A stretch of DNA of 32,000 nt from Ruminococcus albus 7 = DSM 20455 (GTDB lineage Bacteria > Bacillota > Clostridia > Oscillospirales > Ruminococcaceae). The first letter of the stretch is position 1, and every line of letters starts with the position of its first letter. A program made the position numbers and the translations under genes. Positions 28,256 through 32,000 of the stretch are shown piece by piece. The stretch covers positions 1,110,001 through 1,142,000 of the forward strand of contig NC_014833.1 in the NCBI RefSeq assembly GCF_000179635.2, given 5' to 3'. The notes below the pieces were generated by a model, which was given only the letters and a program-made list of their open reading frames with translations, searched no databases and was not told the DNA's origin.

Positions 28256-29836
28256 TCAGATGCCGCTGGCACCGTAGTTTGAAAGGACTCTTGCGGAAGG
28301 GTCATTAACGTTGCAGCCCTCCCATTCTTTGTTTGGCATCCAGTAATCGGTGACCATAGCACTCTGTCCCGGGTAGAACTTTTCAAATATCTCTCGGTAG
28401 AGTAGGGATTCCTTTGTGAAGGGTGCAGGGTCGGAGTACAGTGCTTTTCTTTGCAGAAATTCTTCGTCGGTGTAGTATTTTTCGGCATAGGCTTTCAGGT
28501 CGTCCACCATGGAATGACCGACTGCATCGGAAAACGCAGCTTTTTCACGCATGAGTATATCCTGAGGCAGCCAGCTGCCTTCAAAGGCATGACGCAGGAG
28601 GTATTTGCCTTTGTTGTATATGTTCATCTTCTTTTCGGGGTCGATAGCCATAACGTATCTTACAAAGTCAAGATCACCGAAGGGTACTCTTGCTTCAAGG
28701 GAGTTTACTGAGATGCAGCGGTCGGCACGAAGTACATCGTACATATGCAGTTCGTGTATACGCTTGCGGGATTCTTTCTGGAATTCCTCGGCAGAAGGAG
28801 CAAAATCGGTGTACTTGTAGCCGAAAAGCTCATCGGATATCTCACCTGTCAGCAGTACGCGGATATCGGTCTGTTCGTGTATAGCTTTGCAGACAAGATA
28901 CATACCTATACTTGCACGGATAGTGGTTATATCGTATGTTCCCAGATATTTTATGACATTCTCAAATGCTCCGAGAACATCGTCTTCGCTGATGATGACC
29001 TCGGTGTGGTCACTGCCGATATACTCAGCGACCTCACGGGCGTACTTCAGGTCTATGGCATCGGTGTTCATACCTATGGCGAAGGTGCGTATGGGCTTTT
29101 CGGAACATCTGGCAGCTATGGCGCATACCAGCGAAGAATCAAGTCCGCCGGAAAGCAGGAAGCCGACCTTGGCGTCGGATACAAGCCTTTTGCTGACACC
29201 CTTGATAAGCTTTTCACGGATGTTCCTGCATACGGTTTCGAGATCATCATAGCAATATCCGTCTGTAGCCGAGATATCCTCATAACACACGAATTCTCCG
29301 TCCTTGTAGTAATGGCCGGGAGGGAATGGCATGATCTTATCACAGATATCCACCAGGTTTTTAGGCTCGCTGGCGAATACGATATCACCGCTTGATGCAT
29401 AGCCGTAATACAATGGGCGTATGCCGATAGGGTCACGGGCTGCTATGAACTCCTTGTTTTCACCGTCATAGATTATACAGGCGAATTCAGCATCCAGTTT
29501 AGCGAACATATCAGTGCCGTATTCTTTGTACAGCGGCAGTATTATCTCGCAGTCAGATCCGCTTCTGAATGTGTAGCCTTTTTTTACCAGTTCCGCTTTG
29601 GTCTTTTCAAAACCGTAAAGCTCACCGTTGCAGACAGCATAGCTGCTGCCCATAATGAAAGGCTGCATACCCTCGGGGTGAAGCCCCATTATAGCAAGGC
29701 GGTGGAAACCCAACAGTCCCTCACCGAGATTTACGGTCTGGGAGTTATCGGGACCTCTGGTAACAGTTGCTGCAAATCCCTTCATAAACAGTTCTTCGTC
29801 AAAACGGCTGCCGCACCAGCCCATGATTGAACACAT
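28256..29836 (-). CDS. asnB: Asparagine synthase (glutamine-hydrolysing)
   Basis: 526 aa. N-terminal Ntn 'MCSI', PP-loop 'LLSGGLDSSLV', and a GGAGG SD 7 nt upstream. Confidence 0.93.
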   Translation of the reverse strand: MCSIMGWCGSRFDEELFMKGFAATVTRGPDNSQTVNLGEGLLGFHRLAIMGLHPEGMQPFIMGSSYAVCNGELYGFEKTKAELVKKGYTFRSGSDCEIILPLYKEYGTDMFAKLDAEFACIIYDGENKEFIAARDPIGIRPLYYGYASSGDIVFASEPKNLVDICDKIMPFPPGHYYKDGEFVCYEDISATDGYCYDDLETVCRNIREKLIKGVSKRLVSDAKVGFLLSGGLDSSLVCAIAARCSEKPIRTFAIGMNTDAIDLKYAREVAEYIGSDHTEVIISEDDVLGAFENVIKYLGTYDITTIRASIGMYLVCKAIHEQTDIRVLLTGEISDELFGYKYTDFAPSAEEFQKESRKRIHELHMYDVLRADRCISVNSLEARVPFGDLDFVRYVMAIDPEKKMNIYNKGKYLLRHAFEGSWLPQDILMREKAAFSDAVGHSMVDDLKAYAEKYYTDEEFLQRKALYSDPAPFTKESLLYREIFEKFYPGQSAMVTDYWMPNKEWEGCNVNDPSARVLSNYGASGI

Positions 29837-29853
29837 ATCTATTCCTCCATAAC

Positions 29854-29887
29854 AAAAAAGACAGCGTCCCCGAAAAGGAACGCCGTC
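29854..29887 (-). terminator. Intrinsic-terminator-like hairpin inside the asnB 5' leader (candidate attenuator)
   Basis: The minus strand reads GACGGCGUUCC-uuuucg-GGGGACGCUGUC (11 bp including 2 G-U) followed by UUUUUU. It lies between the predicted promoter and the GGAGG SD. Confidence 0.6.
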
Positions 29888-29911
29888 GTCCGAAAAATAT
29901 TTTACGCCAAT

Positions 29912-29940
29912 ATTATATCCCCATGGGATCGAAATGTCAA
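29912..29940 (-). promoter_or_regulatory. Consensus sigma-A promoter for asnB
   Basis: On the minus strand: TTGACA (29935-29940), 17 nt spacer, TATAAT (29912-29917). The spacer contains the palindrome CCCATGGG. Confidence 0.6.
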
Positions 29941-29954
29941 TGCTGTATCGGAGG

Positions 29955-29982
29955 ATTTAACAGATATTTCATATTTAACAGA
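29955..29982. repeat. Tandem direct repeat ATTTAACAGA x2 (18-nt period) just upstream of the asnB -35
   Basis: Copies lie at 29955-29964 and 29973-29982. The 11-mer ATATTTAACAG (29971-29981) recurs at 31365-31375, upstream of gdhA. Confidence 0.5.
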
Positions 29983-30023
29983 AATAAGTCGGAATACTAT
30001 GGTAAGAAGTCTGCCTAATGATG

Positions 30024-30116
30024 TAAACATATATGGTGGAGTATGGTATAATATACTAATAAGAAATGAAACGAAGCAGAAGGTCTTTTGGAAAAAGGCT
30101 TTCTGCTTTAATTTTT
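30024..30116 (+). ncRNA. Candidate small transcription unit: extended -10 promoter plus a strong terminator hairpin (function unknown)
   Basis: TAAACA (30024-30029), 17 nt spacer, TGgTATAAT (30044-30052). A 16-bp stem follows (30074-30089 / 30093-30108, 2 G-U), then TAATTTTT. No gene on either strand ends here. Confidence 0.3.
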
Positions 30117-30284
30117 ATGTCTTCCAAACGGTACCTGATGATGCGAACGGTCATTATGGTACACCATGCCTGAAGGCATAATGTAATGGGACAGGGTAAG
30201 TATTATCGACTCTGCCTATACAGAAAATTTCCGACAAAGCCCTTGAAGAATCAGACAAGTTGGGGTTTTAAGGTATTTTTGGTA

Positions 30285-30314
30285 TTGACAAATATCTTTT
30301 TTTTGTGGTATAGT
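30285..30314 (+). promoter_or_regulatory. Sigma-A-type promoter for the AraC-type regulator
   Basis: TTGACA (30285-30290), 18 nt spacer, TGgTATAGT (30306-30314). Confidence 0.55.
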
Positions 30315-30327
30315 AATGGACAAGCAA

Positions 30328-30363
30328 GGGCGCTGTGATGAAAATTTACGGCGTTCTTTTTTT
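30328..30363 (+). terminator. Terminator-like hairpin plus T7 run in the regulator's 5' leader
   Basis: GGGCGCTGT (30328-30336) pairs with ACGGCGTTC (30348-30356), about 9 bp including several G-U. TTTTTTT (30357-30363) follows, then the GGGGAGG SD. The stem is weak. Confidence 0.4.
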
Positions 30364-30385
30364 ATTTTAAGGGGAGGTTGGTCCA

Positions 30386-31144
30386 GTGAGCAGACTATAC
30401 AGAGTGCTTATCGTTGATAACAATCTGGGCACATTCGACAGGCTGAAGAAAATGTCAGTGTGGCAGGAGAATGGCTTTGAAATATATTCCAAGACATCTG
30501 ACAGTGAGAATGCTGCGGCGTACTGTCTGAAAAATTCGATAGACCTTATGGTATGCTTCAACCGCTTGCCGTCAATCTCCGCTGAATCGGTCGTAAGCGC
30601 TGTCAGGAATTCATCACCCAAGACGGTGTGTCTGGCGGTAAGCCCTTTCGATGATTCGGAAAATATGCGCAAATGTTTTCTTCTTGGGGTAATAGACTAC
30701 ATCAACGAGCCTGTAAGTGAATCAAGGCTGAACGAAGCACTTGCCCGTGCGGCGCAACTGATAGGGAGCACTTTTGTTGCAGGGGAGTATGCACTTACGG
30801 TGGAGGAATTTATTGACGGCTGTAAGACCGAGGACGAAAAGTTCCGTGAACGTCTGCGTGAATTCCTGAAGGGATGTGAGAATACCACTGCAACTACTGA
30901 GAATGCAGCCGATCATTTTGGCTTTAACAAGGATTATTTCGGAAGGCTCTTCAAATCAAAAATGGGTATGACCTTTGGCGAGTTTTACAAGCATTTCCGT
31001 ATATTATACGCTGAAAAGCTGCTTCTTTCGGGCAGATATAAGGTATATGAGGTAAGTGCGATGCTGGGATTCTCATCTGTTGATTACTTTACTACTGTAT
31101 TCAAGAAAATTACAGGAAAGACACCTTCGGAGTTAAAAAAGTGA
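30386..31144 (+). CDS. AraC-family transcriptional regulator with a degenerate (pseudo-)receiver domain
   Basis: N-terminal CheY-like fold 'VLIVDNN...DLMVCFNRLP...LAVSP...YINEP'. C-terminal AraC HTH 'FGFNKDYFGRLFKSKMGMTFGEF...MLGFSSVDYFTTVFKKITGKTPSE'. GTG start with a GGGGAGG SD. Confidence 0.85.
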   Translation: MSRLYRVLIVDNNLGTFDRLKKMSVWQENGFEIYSKTSDSENAAAYCLKNSIDLMVCFNRLPSISAESVVSAVRNSSPKTVCLAVSPFDDSENMRKCFLLGVIDYINEPVSESRLNEALARAAQLIGSTFVAGEYALTVEEFIDGCKTEDEKFRERLREFLKGCENTTATTENAADHFGFNKDYFGRLFKSKMGMTFGEFYKHFRILYAEKLLLSGRYKVYEVSAMLGFSSVDYFTTVFKKITGKTPSELKK

Positions 31145-31301
31145 TATAAAAGTCGGTATCATGCTGTAATATGTATGGCGATTGTGGTGTTGGTACAGCG
31201 GAATATATGATATGCTGTAAAAAATACATAATTATAATGAAGATAATCACAAGCCTTATAAAAATAGCGCGATTTCCCATCTTATCTTAAATAGCGGGAA
31301 C

Positions 31302-31335
31302 GGGGACAGACCTGAAAGGTCTGCCCCTGTTTTCG
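31302..31335 (+). terminator. Rho-independent terminator, about 160 nt downstream of the regulator's stop
   Basis: GGGGACAGACCT (31302-31313) pairs with AGGTCTGCCCC (31317-31327) with a 1-nt bulge, followed by TGTTTTCGTT. Confidence 0.7.
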
Positions 31336-31422
31336 TTGCCTGAGCTTTTTGGATCTGTGATCTGATATTTAACAGGTCTGCATATTTTGGGTAAATGTCT
31401 GATTTTTATAGGATATGATAAA

Positions 31423-31451
31423 TTGACTTTTGGCTGCAGATAATGTAGAAT
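31423..31451 (+). promoter_or_regulatory. Sigma-A-type promoter for gdhA
   Basis: TTGACT (31423-31428), 17 nt spacer, TAGAAT (31446-31451). Confidence 0.55.
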
Positions 31452-31453
31452 AA

Positions 31454-32000
<547 letters not shown>

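Noticed and set aside
27988-28488. 166-aa minus-strand ORF bridging the asnB 3' end and the murD promoter region
   Set aside because: It is out of frame with asnB and runs through the asnB terminator and the murD promoter. It shows no SD or family resemblance.
30129-30136. T-box-like core (minus strand AGGTACCG) immediately upstream of the 30074-30108 hairpin, suggesting an Asn T-box for asnB
   Set aside because: The conserved GGGTGGTACCGCG context is missing; the sequence reads ATCAGGTACCGTTT with no UGGN bulge. I could not find a Stem I, specifier or AGAGA element. On the minus strand the hairpin lacks a proper U-tract. A consensus asnB promoter lies downstream of it.
29827-30181. 63-aa and 60-aa + strand ORFs, and 23-35-aa ORFs I translated by hand, in the asnB/regulator intergenic region
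   Set aside because: None has an SD at a sensible distance. The sequences are compositionally odd and run through promoter and hairpin elements. The region is better explained as regulatory DNA.
31110-31280. 56-aa hydrophobic ORF on the minus strand (MGNRAIFIRLVIIFIIIMYFLQ...), overlapping the regulator's 3' end and considered as a type-I-toxin-like peptide
   Set aside because: It has no SD and no identifiable promoter. The I/F/Y-rich sequence is what AT-rich DNA yields by chance. I also found no antisense-RNA signature that I could defend.
31356-31374. TnrA/GlnR-like inverted repeat TGTGA-N9-TAACA upstream of gdhA
   Set aside because: The established TnrA/GlnR box is TGTNA-N7-TNACA, so the spacing here is wrong. 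I found no N7 version near asnB or gdhA. The TAACA half is already counted within the ATTTAACAG motif.

Overview
This window reads as core chromosome of a spore-forming Clostridia-class Firmicute; the taxon is inferred from spoIVB, hprK, rapZ and the SD/promoter style. I can support 24 protein genes, nearly all housekeeping.

Gene content, in order:
- 5'-truncated hybrid histidine kinase carrying REC-REC-HD-GYP-HPt
- tandem-HPP membrane protein
- YbiT/YkpA-like ABC-F ATPase
- GNAT acetyltransferase
- DUF2461 protein
- EFR1-type flavodoxin/ferredoxin
- HAD hydrolase
- pyruvyl-transferase/GDPD-like fusion
- ileS-valS in tandem
- spoIVB
- a long minus-strand run: murD, GNAT-like, small membrane protein, ynbB-like PLP enzyme, hprK, murB, rapZ
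- a nitrogen-assimilation corner: asnB, an AraC-type regulator and gdhA (3'-truncated by the window edge)

By eye I found no rRNA, tRNA, CRISPR array, transposase, integrase, phage gene or recognisable defence gene. I do not see a convincing novel multi-gene system.

The most unusual part is 28.2-32.0 kb. There asnB, the AraC regulator and gdhA each have a near-consensus sigma-A promoter followed by an intrinsic-terminator-like hairpin in front of the RBS. The regulator's receiver domain lacks the phospho-acceptor Asp. An ATTTAACAG repeat and an orphan promoter-plus-hairpin lie in the divergent intergenic region.

Secondary oddities:
- ABC-F protein with a degenerate second ATP site
- type-2 IleRS with HHGT in place of HIGH
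- ileS-valS with no room for T-box leaders
- pyruvyl-transferase fusion to a GDPD-like domain that seems to lack its catalytic His residues

All structure and promoter calls were made by eye, with no folding energies or database searches.
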